Origin: Mobula birostris
Taxonomy: Eukaryota
Direction of reading: 5' to 3'
Length of the DNA: 64,000 nt
Assembly (NCBI RefSeq): GCF_030028105.1
Contig: NC_092398.1
Span: 28,862,424-28,926,423, forward strand
How positions within the stretch are numbered: position 1 is the first letter of the stretch; every line of letters starts with the position of its first letter. Positions 1-11,720 of the stretch are shown here, piece by piece. Under the pieces are notes generated by a model, which did no database searches, was not told where the DNA came from, and saw only the letters and a list, made by a program, of their open reading frames with translations. The translations under genes and the position numbers were made by a program.

Positions 1-218
1 CCCATCACCTCCCTCTGGTGCTCCTTCTTGTTGCCTTCCCTCCACGGTCAACTATTCTCTCCTATCAGATTCCTCCTTCTTTAGCTGTTTCCTCTTCCAC
101 CTATCACCTCCCTGCTTCTCACTTCATCCAGCCTCCTCCACCCAACCACCTTTCTCCGACTTCACCTATGGCCTGGCAGCTTCTTCTTCTCCCCTCCTTA
201 TTCTTTCCCTTTCCTTTC

Positions 219-256
219 CAGTCCTGATGAAGGCTCTCAGCCTGAAACATCAACTG
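219..256 (+). ncRNA. Minimal type I hammerhead-ribozyme-like motif in a Penelope-type terminal repeat (decayed)
   Basis: CAGTC-CTGATGA-AGGC(TCTCA)GCCT-GAAA-CATC-AACTG. Intact CUGAUGA and GAAA cores, 4-bp stem II and flanking stem I. The expected ACGU palindrome has become ACAU. Confidence 0.5.
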
Positions 257-1559
257 TTTATTTTCCTCCATAGATGTTACCTAACCTGCAGAATTTCTCC
301 ACCATTTTGTGTGTGTCTGTTGTTCTGGATTTCCAGCATCTCGTTGCCTATGTTTAACTGCAGTGCTGGAGACCAGTGTTGTCAGTGCCTGCAAAGCAGT
401 TATCAAGAGGTGCCGAATCCTACATCCTAAGGTACAATTAACCTCTGAGCAAAATCTTTCTGTTGCCGCACCTGCTTGGAAGAATGAAGAATGTCTGTGG
501 ATTCAAATAAAATCTGTACAACACACTTTGTCATCCAGCAGCATGATAATTCAAGTTCAGAAAACTAAAATACACACATCGGCCGCTTTATTAGATATCG
601 CTTGTATATTTCTGGTCTTCTGCTGCTGTAGACCATCCTCTTCAAGGTTCGACATGCTGTGTGTTCAGAGATGCTCTTCTGCACCCCACTGTTGTAATGC
701 ATGGCTATTTGAATTACTGTCACCTTCCTGTCAGCCTGAAACAGTATGGTCATTCCCTTCTGAACTCTCTGATTGACAAGGCGCTCTCAGACACAGAACT
801 GACACTCACTGGCTTTTTTTTCCTTTTTCACACCATTCTCTGTAAACTGCTGTGCATGAAAATCCAACAGAGATCAAATTTCAAAACAAATTTAGTACAT
901 AGACGCCAAATGTCAACCCTGGGATATTTTCCTTTGCTGGCATACAATAACCATACAAGAATTAATGAATGACCGCACCAACTTGGGGGAACTTTGTGCA
1001 GAAGATGACAAACTCTGCAAATACTAAAATGAAGAAATGATCATAAATAAGCAATAAATACCAAGATCAAGAGATGAAGAAATCTTGAAAATGAGTCCAT
1101 TGGTTGTGTCAGCATTTACAATGATGGGGCAAGTGAAGTTATCCTGCGGCTCCTGTACCACCTTCATGATGGCAGCAGCGAGAAGAGAGCATGTCCTGGG
1201 TGGTGGGAGTCCCTAATCATGGATGCTGCTTTCCTACGACAGCATTTCAAGTAGATGTGCTCAATGGTGGGGAAAGCTTTTCTCAGCAGCTTCTGAGATA
1301 CTCGAATGATCCCAACTAGCTCCAGAATTCATTCCACCATCAAAGTCACTTGGATCACATTTCTTCCCCATTCTGAAGTTGTTCTGAAGAACAACTGAAC
1401 CTCTTGAACATGCCTGCATGCTCCTAAGCATTGAGTTGCTGTGACATGATTGGCTCATTAGATATTTGTATGAACGAGCAGGTGTACCTTATAAAGTGGC
1501 CACTGAATGTATATGGAGTGTGAGAAGTTGCAGCTCCTATTTGTATGCTCGAAGGAGCT

Positions 1560-1850
1560 GCTCCTCAAGGTCTGACTGCACCTCAACCCCATGCTCATCA
1601 ACCACAGTCCCACAGCGTGGGAGGGTGGGGGCTGTAACTCAGGGATCTCTTGGTAGGCTCGATCCTGGGCCTTGCCAAAATGGCCACGCGCAGTTCCAGG
1701 CAGCAGGCAGTCAAGGTCTCTGCTTGTGCCGACTGACTGTCCCTCTTCCAGTATTACATTCGAGCTGGAGTGTCCATGGAGAGGTTAACATGCAATCTCT
1801 ATGGCACAACGGGGAATTTCTGTGAATGGGGCACCACCAACTTCCCCACC
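1560..1850 (+). mobile_element. Tx1/L1-clade LINE ORF2 C-terminal remnant
   Basis: Frame reads DLLVGSILGLAKMATRSSRQQAVKVSACAD*LSLFQYYIRAGVSMER, resembling the LGLAK...RARVSLER tail of fish Tx1-like ORF2. Confidence 0.55.
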
Positions 1851-2009
1851 CCAGCCCACCGCCCCCCAGGGAATCGAGTGATTTGTAGACAACAGCAATC
1901 CTATTTTAATTTGAAGTTGTTTAGACACTTTTGTAAATCTCTGACCATTGTGTGTCTCTTGTATGGTCTAAAAAACAAAGCACGATCATTTGGCAAAACT
2001 CACAACACG

Positions 2010-3200
2010 CTACAGGAAGTCAGTGGGTTGTGCCGCATCTGCTCCCAGGATGAGGATTTCCGTTCCAGGACATCTCAAATGTCCTCTTTCTTTAAGGATC
2101 GTGGTTTCCCTTCTGCCGTCATCAATGATGCCCTCACCCGCATCTCCTCCATTCCCGCACTTTGGCCCTCACCCCATCCTCCCGTCACCACAACAAGGAC
2201 AGAGTTCCCCTTGTCCTCACCTACCACCCCACCTGCCTCTGGATCCAGCACATTATCCTACTCAATTTCCGCCACCTTCAACAGGACCCCACAACTAAGC
2301 ACATCTTTCCTTCTCCATCCCTCTCTGCTTTCCGCAGGGATCGTTCCCTCCGCGACTCCCTGGTCCACACGTCCCTCCTGACGGATCTCCCATCCGGCAC
2401 TTATCCCTGTGAGTGTAAGTGCTACACCTGTTCCTATACCTCTTCTCTTGCCACCATTGATGGCCCAAAACAGTCCTTCCAAGTGAGGCAACACTTCACT
2501 TGTGAGTCTGTTGGGGTCACCTATTGCATCTGGTGCTCCCGGTGCGGCTTCCTCTACATCGGTGAAACCCCACGCAGATTGGGGGACCGCTTCGTCTAGC
2601 ACCTCCACTCCGTCCACTACAACAGACAGGATCTCCCCGTTGCCACCCACTTCAACTCTGCTTCACATTCCAATTCGGATATGTCCATACATGGCCTCCT
2701 CTACTGCTATGATGAGGCTAAACTCAGGTTGGAGGAGCAACACCTCATATACCGTCTGGGTAGTCTCCAGCCCCTTGGTATGAACATTGAATTCCCCTAC
2801 TGCCAGTAATTCCCTGCCCCTCCCTTCCCCCATCCTAGTTTCACTCTGCCCCCTCCCCCAGCTGCCTATCACCTCCCTCATGGTTCCGCCTCCTTCTGCT
2901 ACCCATTGTGTTTTCCCCTATTCCTCCTTCACCTTTCCTGCCTATTCCCTCCCTGCTTCCCTTCCCGTGCTCCTTTATCTTTCCCCTTACTGGTTTTTCA
3001 CCTGGCACCTACCAGCCTTCACCTTCCCCCCCTCCCCTCAGCTTCTTTATAGGGCCCCTGCTCCCTCTCTCTTTAGTCCTGACAAAGAGTTCCGGCCCGA
3101 AAGGTTGACTGTTCTTTTCAACAGATGCAGCCCGACCTGCTGAGTTCCTCCAAAGTTTTGTGAGTGTTGCTTTGACCACACCATCTGCAGATTATTTTGT
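2010..3200 (+). mobile_element. Penelope-like retroelement 3' part (RT C-terminus, GIY-YIG endonuclease, terminal repeat)
   Basis: ORF 2162-2599 reads RVPLVLTYHP...FTCESVGVTYCIWCSRCGFLYIGETPRRLGDRF, a GIY-YIG motif. A pyrimidine-rich tail and a degenerate hammerhead-like motif follow near 3075-3115. Confidence 0.85.
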
Positions 3201-3789
3201 GTTTATGATCATTTGACTGATCTCTAAGCTACTGTGGAGACGGGGAATAATTAACAGCTGCCCCAAGAACAGAAATGGTGTTTTACAGAGAGGCATTAGC
3301 TGCAAAAGAGACGATCTGCAGATTTTGTGCAAACGTTCTATTCTCCATAAACAACGCAGATTTATTTTTAGATTTACAGTGAATCCACTGACTTAATGCC
3401 TAGGCTTAATTTAGAACAACAGTAATTGTGATATGTAAAGAAATGCTCATTTACTTTACAAAGAGAAGTGAAAATAGAGAAATTGGTGGTAAGGAAGTGG
3501 TTTACGTTGGCATGTGGCACAGCAGAGCAGAAGCGCAAAAATAGATTAGAGAGTGTGAAAGAAAATTCTGAATAAAGAGTTATCTGAGTTAACACCCTGC
3601 ACCTTCCTTTACTTACCAATGTGCCTAGTGCTGGCCTTAGGTCATAAATTGTAGGGAGGACCCTGTGAATTTAAACCATTTTTAACAAGGTGCTTTATTA
3701 ATGTATTGCTTGTGCAAACATTCAATAGATGCAACTGTCACTATTTCCAAAATGTCATTTTTAAGTAGTAGCTTATGTTTGGCATAGAC

Positions 3790-4700
3790 ATATAACCAGA
3801 AACGATTACAGCACGGAAACAGGCCATTTTGGCCCTTCTAGTCCATGCCGACTGCTTACTCTCACCTAATCCCACCGACCTGCACTCAGCCCACAACCCT
3901 CCATTCCTTTCCTGTCCACATACCGACCCAATTGTACTTTAAATGACAATATTGAGTCTGCCTCTACCACTTCTACTGGAAGCTCGTTCCACACAGCGAG
4001 CATTCTCTGAGTAAAGAAGTTCCCCCTCGTGTTCCCCTTAAACTTTTGCCCCCAACCCTCAGCTCATGTCCTCTTGTTTAAATCTCCTCTACTGTCAATC
4101 GAAAAAGCCTATGCACGTCAACTCTATCTCTCCCGCTCATAATTTTAAACACCTCTATCAAGTTCCCCCTCAACCTTCGACGCTCCAAAGAATAAAGACC
4201 CAACTTGTTCAACCTTTCTCTGTAACTTAGGTGCTGAAACCCAGGTAACATTCTAGTAAATCTTCTCTGTACTTTCTCTATGTTGTTGATAACTTTTCTA
4301 TTATTCGGTGACCAGAACTGTGCACAATACTCCAAATTTGGCCGTACCAATGCCTTGTACAATTTTAACATTACATCCGAACTTCAATACTCAATGTTAT
4401 GATTTATAAAGGCCAGCATACCGAAAGCTTTCTCCACCACCCTATCCACATGAGATTCCAACTTCAGGGAACTATGCACCATTATTCCTAGATCCCTCTG
4501 TTCTACTGCATTCTTCAATGTCCTACCATTTACCATGTATGTCCTATTTTGATTAGTCCTACCAAAATGTAGCACCTCACACTTATCAACATTAAACTCC
4601 ATCTGTCATCTTTCAGCCCACTCTTCTAACTGGCCTAAATCTCTCTGCAAGCTTTGAAAACCTACACCATTATCCACAACGCCACCTATCTAAGACATGA
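3790..4700 (-). mobile_element. CR1 LINE 3' fragment
   Basis: ORFs 4384-4602 and 4078-4371: [47 protein letters not shown]. Confidence 0.9.
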
Positions 4701-4764
4701 AAGTGTTAAGGCCAAAAAAGGAAAGTTGTAAGTTTCACTTTTACTCAGGTAAAAATAAAATCAC

Positions 4765-4969
4765 TTTTGCCCAGTAATTCGTTTTATTGCACATGTTAAA
4801 TACAGCAAAATAATACAGAAAGACATGGCAAAAGTAAAGGCAAACAAATGAGGTAACAGCAAATATCACTTTTGTCCAGTAACAAGCCTTATTGCATTTA
4901 GTTGTAGCTGTCGTCCCTTTCATTGGTGAAGAGACTATGGCTGTAGAAAATATTTCCAGGGTGACCCCT
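4765..4969 (-). other. Candidate non-coding terminal exon / poly(A) region of WA gene 1
   Basis: Minus-strand acceptor catcttccccactcccatag| at 4971-4970 and AATAAA at 4788-4783 in unique sequence. The matching donor after exon 4 was not identified. Confidence 0.35.
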
Positions 4970-5940
4970 CTATGGGAGTGGGGAAGATGTTGGTGGGGCT
5001 GCTCGGCTCTCAGCGTGCTTGCAATAATCCACAAGATGCTGCAGGAACTGAGCAGGCCAGGCAGCATCTATGGAAAAAAGTAAAGTCGATGTTTTGGGCC
5101 CAGACCATTCGGCAGGATTGAACTTTTTTAACGTTGATGTAATTGACCTTCTGTGTGCAAGTATAAAAAAGGCTATGACTATTTTTCTTTGGAAAACTTG
5201 GCGAGCTCTCTGTTAGCAAATCATTCTTCCTTATTCTTGAATAAGGGTATCCTCTAGTCACTTTGAAATCCATGTCCAATGTATTTGCGACCAACTTGAA
5301 TTGAAATTCCTTAGCAAATTAATTCCCCTAACATTTCACTTCCACCCTTAAGCCATGAACTCTAGTTCTAGTCTCACCCAACCTCAGTGGAAAAGGCCTG
5401 CTTGCAATTACCTTATCTACACCCCTCATAACTTTGTACACCTCTATCAAAACTCCTTTGGTTTCCTGTGCTCCAGGGAATATGGTCTTAACCTACTCAA
5501 CCTTTCCTCTAATTCAGGCCTGCAACTTCCAGCAACGTCCTTGTAAATTTTCTTTGCATTCTTTCAATCTTATTGAAATCTTTTCGGTAGGTAGGTGACC
5601 AGAACTGAACACAATGCTCCCAAATTAGGCTTCACCGGTGTATTGGACAACTTCAACATAACATCCCAACTCATGTACTGAATAATTTGATTTCTGAAAA
5701 CAAATGTGCCATCCGTTTTATGACCCGACCTGCCTGTGACCTTATCTATCCGAAGGAGATTGCTGTAGTATTAAGCATGTAAATGGCCGACTGACAGATG
5801 AAATACAGAATTTCAGAATCGGAACATGGTATTTAAAATCAACAGCTTAAGACGGAAGAGAATGATATTTACAAATCCGAGGGCACCTAATTGTGACAGA
5901 GCAAGGTACAGATGACTGTGAAACATTGCAGACTCATTTC

Positions 5941-6113
5941 TTATTGAGAAGAGGGATTGATCCGGACTATCCAAGAGTCGCAGCCAGACAGTCGCAAGTG
6001 AAAACATAAGAAGAGTCCAGCTGCTGTGCCAAGTATTCCTATAATCAGCCCACAGATCAAAACAGCAATCTGGCTTGTATCCATTTCTTCAGCACTACTT
6101 TGCTCTTCTGGTT
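5941..6113 (-). CDS. WA: WA gene 1, exon 4 (connecting peptide, transmembrane, cytoplasmic tail, stop)
   Basis: ttcacag|AA phase-1 acceptor. EPEEQSSAEEMDTSQIAVLICGLIIGILGTAAGLFLCFHLRLSGCDSWIVRINPSSQ*. The TM has the class II alpha CG-xxx-G-xx-G-xxx-G glycine pattern. TAA at 5943-5941. Confidence 0.88.
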
Positions 6114-6664
6114 CTGTGAACAAAGCACATACTCACATTTTGAACGAGGAACTAGTTTTTAAATCAGTTTGAACAAAGATGAGCTGGCAAAACTAAATTG
6201 TCCTCTTCCCCGTTTCCCTTTCTCAGCTGAATATACTTTCCAATAGCGAAGCAGGTGTTCCAAAGGTTCCAAGTGTCCAAAGTTTTCCTAGGATCAGCCC
6301 TAGACTGATTTTAGATACAAAATTATGAGGGGTATAGATAGGCTTTTTCCACTGAGGTTGAGTGATGCTGCACTAGAGGTGAAGGGTGAAGGGTGAAAGG
6401 TGAAAAGTTTAAGGGGAAGATGAGGGGAAACTACTTCGCTCAGATGATTGTGAGAGTGTGGAACGAGCTGTCAGCAGATGTGGTGCATGCAAGCTTGATT
6501 TCAACGTTTAAGAGAAGTTTGGATAGGTATATGGATGTAGGGGTTTGGAGGGCTATGGTCGAGGGAAGTAGGCAGTTTAAATTGTTTGGCATGGACTAGT
6601 TGGGGCAAATGTCCTACTTCTGTGCTGTACTTTTCCATGACTAAATGACTAAATGGCTATCAAT

Positions 6665-6930
6665 AAACGAAAACACTGTAGTGCAGAGGTTAGCACCATA
6701 CTGTACCAGTGACTGGGTTCAATTCCTGCAGCTGTGTACAAGTCGTTTGTATGTTCTCTTTATGACCAAATGAGTTTCCACCAAGTGCTCCGGTTTCCTC
6801 CCACAGTTCAATGGCGTACCAGTTGATGGGTTAACTGGTCATTATAAATTGTCCTGTGATTAGGCTAGTGTTAAATTTGGGAGTTGCTGGGTGGTGCAGC
6901 TGGAAGGGTCTATTCTGTGCTGTATCAATA
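6665..6930 (+). mobile_element. V-SINE (HE1-type) copy
   Basis: tRNA-like head with GGTTCAATTCC B box, then the V-domain core GTGCTCCGGTTTCCTCCCACA. Similar copies lie near 7420-7600, 37940-38140 and 55040-55190 on the minus strand. Confidence 0.7.
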
Positions 6931-7719
6931 TTGGCAGCAGGGTTGATCAACATAAAACCGAAATAGTCACATTGCATCCTCACGTTCCACTGGGAATTGC
7001 TGGATACTGAGTGTAAACAGGAACATGAGCTGGTTTTCTTCTCACTGACCTAACAGAGCAACACGAGGGTTAAAAGCAATCTCATCCAGTTGGAGTGCTT
7101 TAGCACTACCCCTCATTAGTGAATCCATGGCTCGGCTCCACATTGGGTTGGAGTGGTACAACGCTAGCTGAAATGTGCAAAGGGAAGCTTGTCCTTGTAT
7201 TTGCTAAGTTCCTGATCTCAACAAAACTTCCACTGGAAAATACTGTCGGTCAGCACTGCAGGCAATGAGCTGGATTTCAGAGATAAGTTTTATTTGCCAT
7301 ATGTTCATTGAAAGATCAAAACATACAGAGAAATGCATCCAATCATAACAGTGAGGATTGTGCTGAGGGCAGCTCGCAAATGCTGCCACACTTCTGGTGC
7401 CAACATAGCAACCCAGAACTCATTAACCTTAACCCATAATCTTTGAAACATGGGAGGAAAGCAGTGTGCCTGGACAAAACCTATGCGGTCACGGAGAGAA
7501 CATAGAAACTCCTCACAGTCCACAGTAGGAATCAAACCTTGATCTTACAGTTGGTGTTGTAAACCACGGCGCTAACTGCCATGCTACTCTGCTGCCCTGT
7601 ATCACTTACCCCAGAGTACTTTCAAAGTTCAAAAAGTAACTTTAGCATCAAAGTACCTATCGTTTTCCTTTGGACATACTCAATAAATCTATAGAATAAC
7701 AACCATAACATTCTCTTAC

Positions 7720-8001
7720 CCCAGTAAATTACTTTTTCCTCTTTGCTGATTTTATGGAGCACTCTACAGGAATACATGTCACCTTCTGCTGGCTGGATGT
7801 ATGTGTAGTGGAGCACTTGAAATCGCCAATCTTTGCCAAATGAGAGGTGTGAGGAGTTAACTTCGCCATTGACAGGCTGCGCGTTCTTCTGTAACATTAC
7901 AATTACGGTTGGTGGGAAAATGCCGCTGACAAAACAGGTCAAAGTGTTTACCTCCCCGAAGACAGCTGGTTTCTCTAAGTACAGATAGAGCTCACCGATT
8001 T
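7720..8001 (-). CDS. WA: WA gene 1, exon 3 (beta2-microglobulin-like Ig C1 alpha2 domain)
   Basis: 282 nt, phase 1/1, ttcttttag acceptor and G|GTAAGA donor. Translation EIGELYLYLEKPAVFGEVNTLTCFVSGIFPPTVIVMLQKNAQPVNGEVNSSHLSFGKDWRFQVLHYTYIQPAEGDMYSCRVLHKISKEEKVIYW. It carries equivalents of human beta2m Y10, L39, L54, F56, W60, F62 and W95, and both cysteines. Confidence 0.93.
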
Positions 8002-9637
8002 CTAAAAGAATAAATTGAAGATTTTTTTTGTCAGTTGCATTAGATGATGATTATTATCTATTAATTCGTATCAGTCAAAGATGAAAAGTTCTAGAGTTCA
8101 AAGTAAATTTATTAGCAAAGCACATATATTTCACTATATACAACCATGATATTTGGTTTCTTGTGGGCATGCTTGGTAAATCCAATAACCATAAATGAAT
8201 CAATGGAAGACCAAACCCAACAGGGTGGACAAACAACCTGTCTGTAAAACACAGCAAAATGTGCAAATACAAAAGGAAAAAAATAACAACAAGAAATAGA
8301 TAATCAACACATATCGAGAACATGAGATGAAGAGTCCTGGAAAGCGAGTCCATAGGTGTGGGAACATTTCAGTGATGGGGCAAGTGAAATTATTACCAGT
8401 GATTCAAGAGCCTGATGGTTGATAGCCAACAACTATTCCTGAATATGGTGGTGTCAGTCCTGAGGCTCCTGTATCTCTTCCTGACAGCAGCAGCAAGAAG
8501 AGTACATCATCCGCTGTTCCCCGAGATTGCCAACTCACCGCCGGCAACACAACCATAGTGGGAAGATAGTGAACCAAGTCCATGTAATTCCCGTTAGCAA
8601 CGCCAATGATATAAAAATTACTTTTGAAATTCAGTATTACTGCATAGAAATAAAGCAGCCCGAAACATTTTGCTGCAGGCAGGTGAAGTGGTTTCTTGCT
8701 GATCATCTGCCATTGGACCCACTTTGACAATCAACGTTCACATCAGCCACCTGATGGAGCCCCGGGAGAGAAACTAACTGCCAGTGGTATCCTGACACGA
8801 CAAAGGATTAGTTATGCCAGTGTACCACAGTGCCAGCCACTTGTGCACACACTCTTAACTGAAATTTCCAGCTAAAGTATTTCCAGTGAAATGATTGTTA
8901 AGAAGGGGTTGTGATGTGTCGGCCATTGTCAGTTGAGGGTTTGAGTTCAAGAGCCGCGAGGTAATGTTTAGACCACACTTGTTTGTGTTCAATTCTAGTC
9001 ACTTCATTATAGCAAGGATGCAGAGCTTTTGAGAGGGTGCAGAGGAGGTTTACAGGATGGTGTCTGGATTAGAAAACATCCCTTACAGTATGAGGATAGG
9101 TTGAGTAGGCTAGGGCTTATCTCTTCAGAGAAGAGGAGGATGAGCAGTGACTTGATAGAGGTGTACAAGATAATAAGAGGCATAGACAGAGTGGACAGCC
9201 AAAGACTCTTTCCCAGGGTGGAAATGACTAATACAACACGGCATAACTTTGAGGCGTTTGGAAGAAAGTACGGCGGGGGGTGGGGGCGGGTGGAGAGGTA
9301 ATGTCAGATGGAGAGTTTTGAGTTCAAGAGCTGGGTGGTAATGTTGCAGCTCTACAAAGCTCTAGTTAGTGGGCGCTTGGAACACCCTACCAGAGGTGGT
9401 GGTGGATGTGAATAAATTAGGGGCATTTAAGAAACTCTTAGAGAGGCACACAGATGAAAGGAAATTAGAGGACTGTGTAGGTGGAAGGGGTTAGATTGAT
9501 CTTGGTGTAGTTTGAAAGGTCATCACAACACGGTGGGCCAAAGGGCCTGTACTGTAAGCTAAATCCATACTGAGGATGCTTTATTGGGCTGATGGTAGTC
9601 AGTACACTAAGCTGCTCAAGTTCCTATCTTGACTCAC

Positions 9638-9902
9638 CATTTGGGGGGGAGAGAGTTGTCGGTTAACAACTTTGCCTGATCCATCAGGTTCTTTGCCAAT
9701 GCGATTGTGTTGTCCTTATTTTCTTCCAACAGGCTATCAATAGTTTTACGGAAGTGTTCTAAGTTAGCCAAGTGAAACTGAGCTCTCGGTAACGTGGTGT
9801 CATAGTAACCAATGCTTCTATCCTGAGTCTTCAACTCGGCTGCCCCCTTGGGTAGGCTGGGGTCATCTGCAAAGAAGATGGTGACTTCCAATGTGTCTGT
9901 CT
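9638..9902 (-). CDS. WA: WA gene 1, exon 2 (alpha1 domain, ETDTLEVTIFFADD...IALAKNLMDQAKLLTDNSLPP)
   Basis: Polypyrimidine acceptor ttttatcctttcag|AG and donor G|GTGAGT. Open frame resembles a class II alpha1 domain (beta strands, then the helix IALAKNLMDQAK). Length is 265 nt, one more than the 264 needed for phase 1 to phase 1; the excess maps best to the G7 run at 9643-9649. Confidence 0.8.
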
Positions 9903-10099
9903 CTGAAAGGATAAAAAGATTATTGTAAAAAAGACTTTTAATCACATTGTCAATTTTTGCAACTAATGTTTAAACAACACTCAGTGGCCACATTAGGTAT
10001 GTGTACTCATTAACATAAATATCTTATTAGCCAATCATGTGGCAGCATAAAAACATGCAAAAATGGTCAAGAGGTTCAGCTGGCACACGTCGTAACTGG

Positions 10100-11200
10100 T
10101 GTGGAGTATCCAGGAGCAGAGGAACCTTGGTGTAGAAGGGTTGCACACAGAGTGAACTATGGGGAGTATCAAAGGATAGTGAGACTTCGCTGTACAAGGG
10201 CAAAATCCAAAAGACAAAATCCATAAGTAGTGGGAAGTCAAGGAATGGGAGACCTCAATGTCCAAGGCTAGGACAAACCCTGTTTATACTAGGGACTGCC
10301 GAGGGATAAAGGGTCCTCAGTGTTTTAGGGTAGGACAAACACTGTTTATGATAGGGAGTGTCGGGAGATAGAGGGATCTCGGTGTACAAGCGTAGGACAA
10401 ACAAGAGAAAATCAAACAAGCATCAATGGAAAACAGTACAGTCGACGTTTCAGGCCAATACCTTATAGCAGAGGGATAAAGGGTCCTTCTGAAGGGTCTC
10501 GGCCCGAAATGTCGCCTGTACTTTTTCCATAGATGCTGCCTGGTCTGCTGAGTTCCTCCAGCATTTTGTGTGCATTGGAAGGATAAGACAAACACTGTTT
10601 ATTAAAGGGAATATCGAAGGGTAGAGGGATCTCAGTGTACAAGGGTAGGATACGCATATTGGATGGTGGGGATTGTCATGGACAGAGGCATCACAGTGTA
10701 TAGGGAAAGACACACCATGAGTGGCGGGGAGAGTCGGGGTTCAAGTGCAATTCTATGTACAAGGGTCGGAGAGACTATGTGACTGGTGAGGAGAGTCGAG
10801 AGACAGAGTGACCTCGGTCTTCGAGGGTAGGACACACATCATGAATTGTGTGGAGAATTGAGGGAAAGAGGGACCTCGGTGTACAAGGGTAAGAGACACA
10901 TAGTGAATAGTGGGCAGTGTTGAGTTTCAGAGGGTGTTGGCAGTACGAGGGTGTTGGCATACACGGTGAATGATGTGGAATATCCTGGGGCAGATGGTAT
11001 ACAAAGGTAGGGCACACACCACCAATGGTGTAGAGTGTCAAGAAACAGAGGGACCTCACTGTAGAAGGGTTGGACACACACAGTGAATGTTGTTAAGTGT
11101 CAAGGGACAATGGGATTTCACTCCACAATTGTAGGACACACACACTATGAGTGGTGGGGAGTGTCAAAGGACAGATGGACCTTGGTGTACATGGGTAAGA
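10100..11200. repeat. Degenerate tandem array, unit about 62-68 bp, in WA gene 1 intron 1
   Basis: Repeated GGGTAGGACAAACAC...GGGAGTGTC...GAGGGACCTCGGTGTACAA. Interrupted by a Penelope-derived short repeat near 10410-10575. Confidence 0.75.
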
Positions 11201-11720
11201 TGCGCAATTTGTCTTTGTGACATTGAGTGCAAGGTTGCTGTTGCGACACCACTCAACCCGCTGATCTATCTCAATCATGTACACCTCCTTGTTGCCATCT
11301 AAAATTCTGCCAACAATCAACAGCAATTTTTCTAGGCAGCATTTGAACTGTACCTAAACACACAGTTGTGGGTGTAGAGTAGGGCAGTGGGCTAAGCAAA
11401 CATCCTTGAAGTGAGCCAGTGAGAAGGAGATGTTATTTCCAATCTGCATTGACTATGGGAAGTCAAGGATCCATCTGCAGACGGAAGTACAGAGGCCCAG
11501 ATTTTGGGGCTTGTTGATCAGTACTGAGAACGTGATGGTGTTGAACCCTGAGCTGCAATCAATAAACAGCAGCCTGATGTGGGTATTGCTGATGTCCAGG
11601 TGCTGCAAGACTGAGTGGAGAGCCAGTGAGAATGTCTCCACTGTAGACCTAGTGTTGCGATAGGTAAATTACAGGAGTTTCAGGCCAGCATGTTGAACCT
11701 TGAAGTGGATGAGCTGCAGC
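11200..11720 (-). mobile_element. Rex1/Babar LINE RT fragment
   Basis: ORF 11453-11641 reads ALHSVLQHLD...HIRLLFIDCSSGFNTI...LGLCTSVCRWILDF. Confidence 0.75.

Noticed and set aside
6665-6760. tRNA gene
   Set aside because: The A/B-box-like head continues into the V-SINE core, and no complete cloverleaf was seen.
7622-8001. Calling the C1 exon a beta2-microglobulin gene
   Set aside because: It is flanked in phase by an alpha1 exon and a class II alpha-type TM exon, and has 56-residue Cys spacing. True beta2m is a soluble single-domain protein.
8533-8600. Intronic ATG...GCG|GTGAGT with nearby GTTAGCAAC and CCAAT, which could be an alternative leader spliced to the beta2m-like exon
   Set aside because: The ATG frame (MDLVHYLPTMVVLPA) ends in phase 0 but exon 3 needs phase 1. 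The phase-1 frame has no ATG and no acceptor, so it neither starts a protein nor rescues the exon 2 frameshift.
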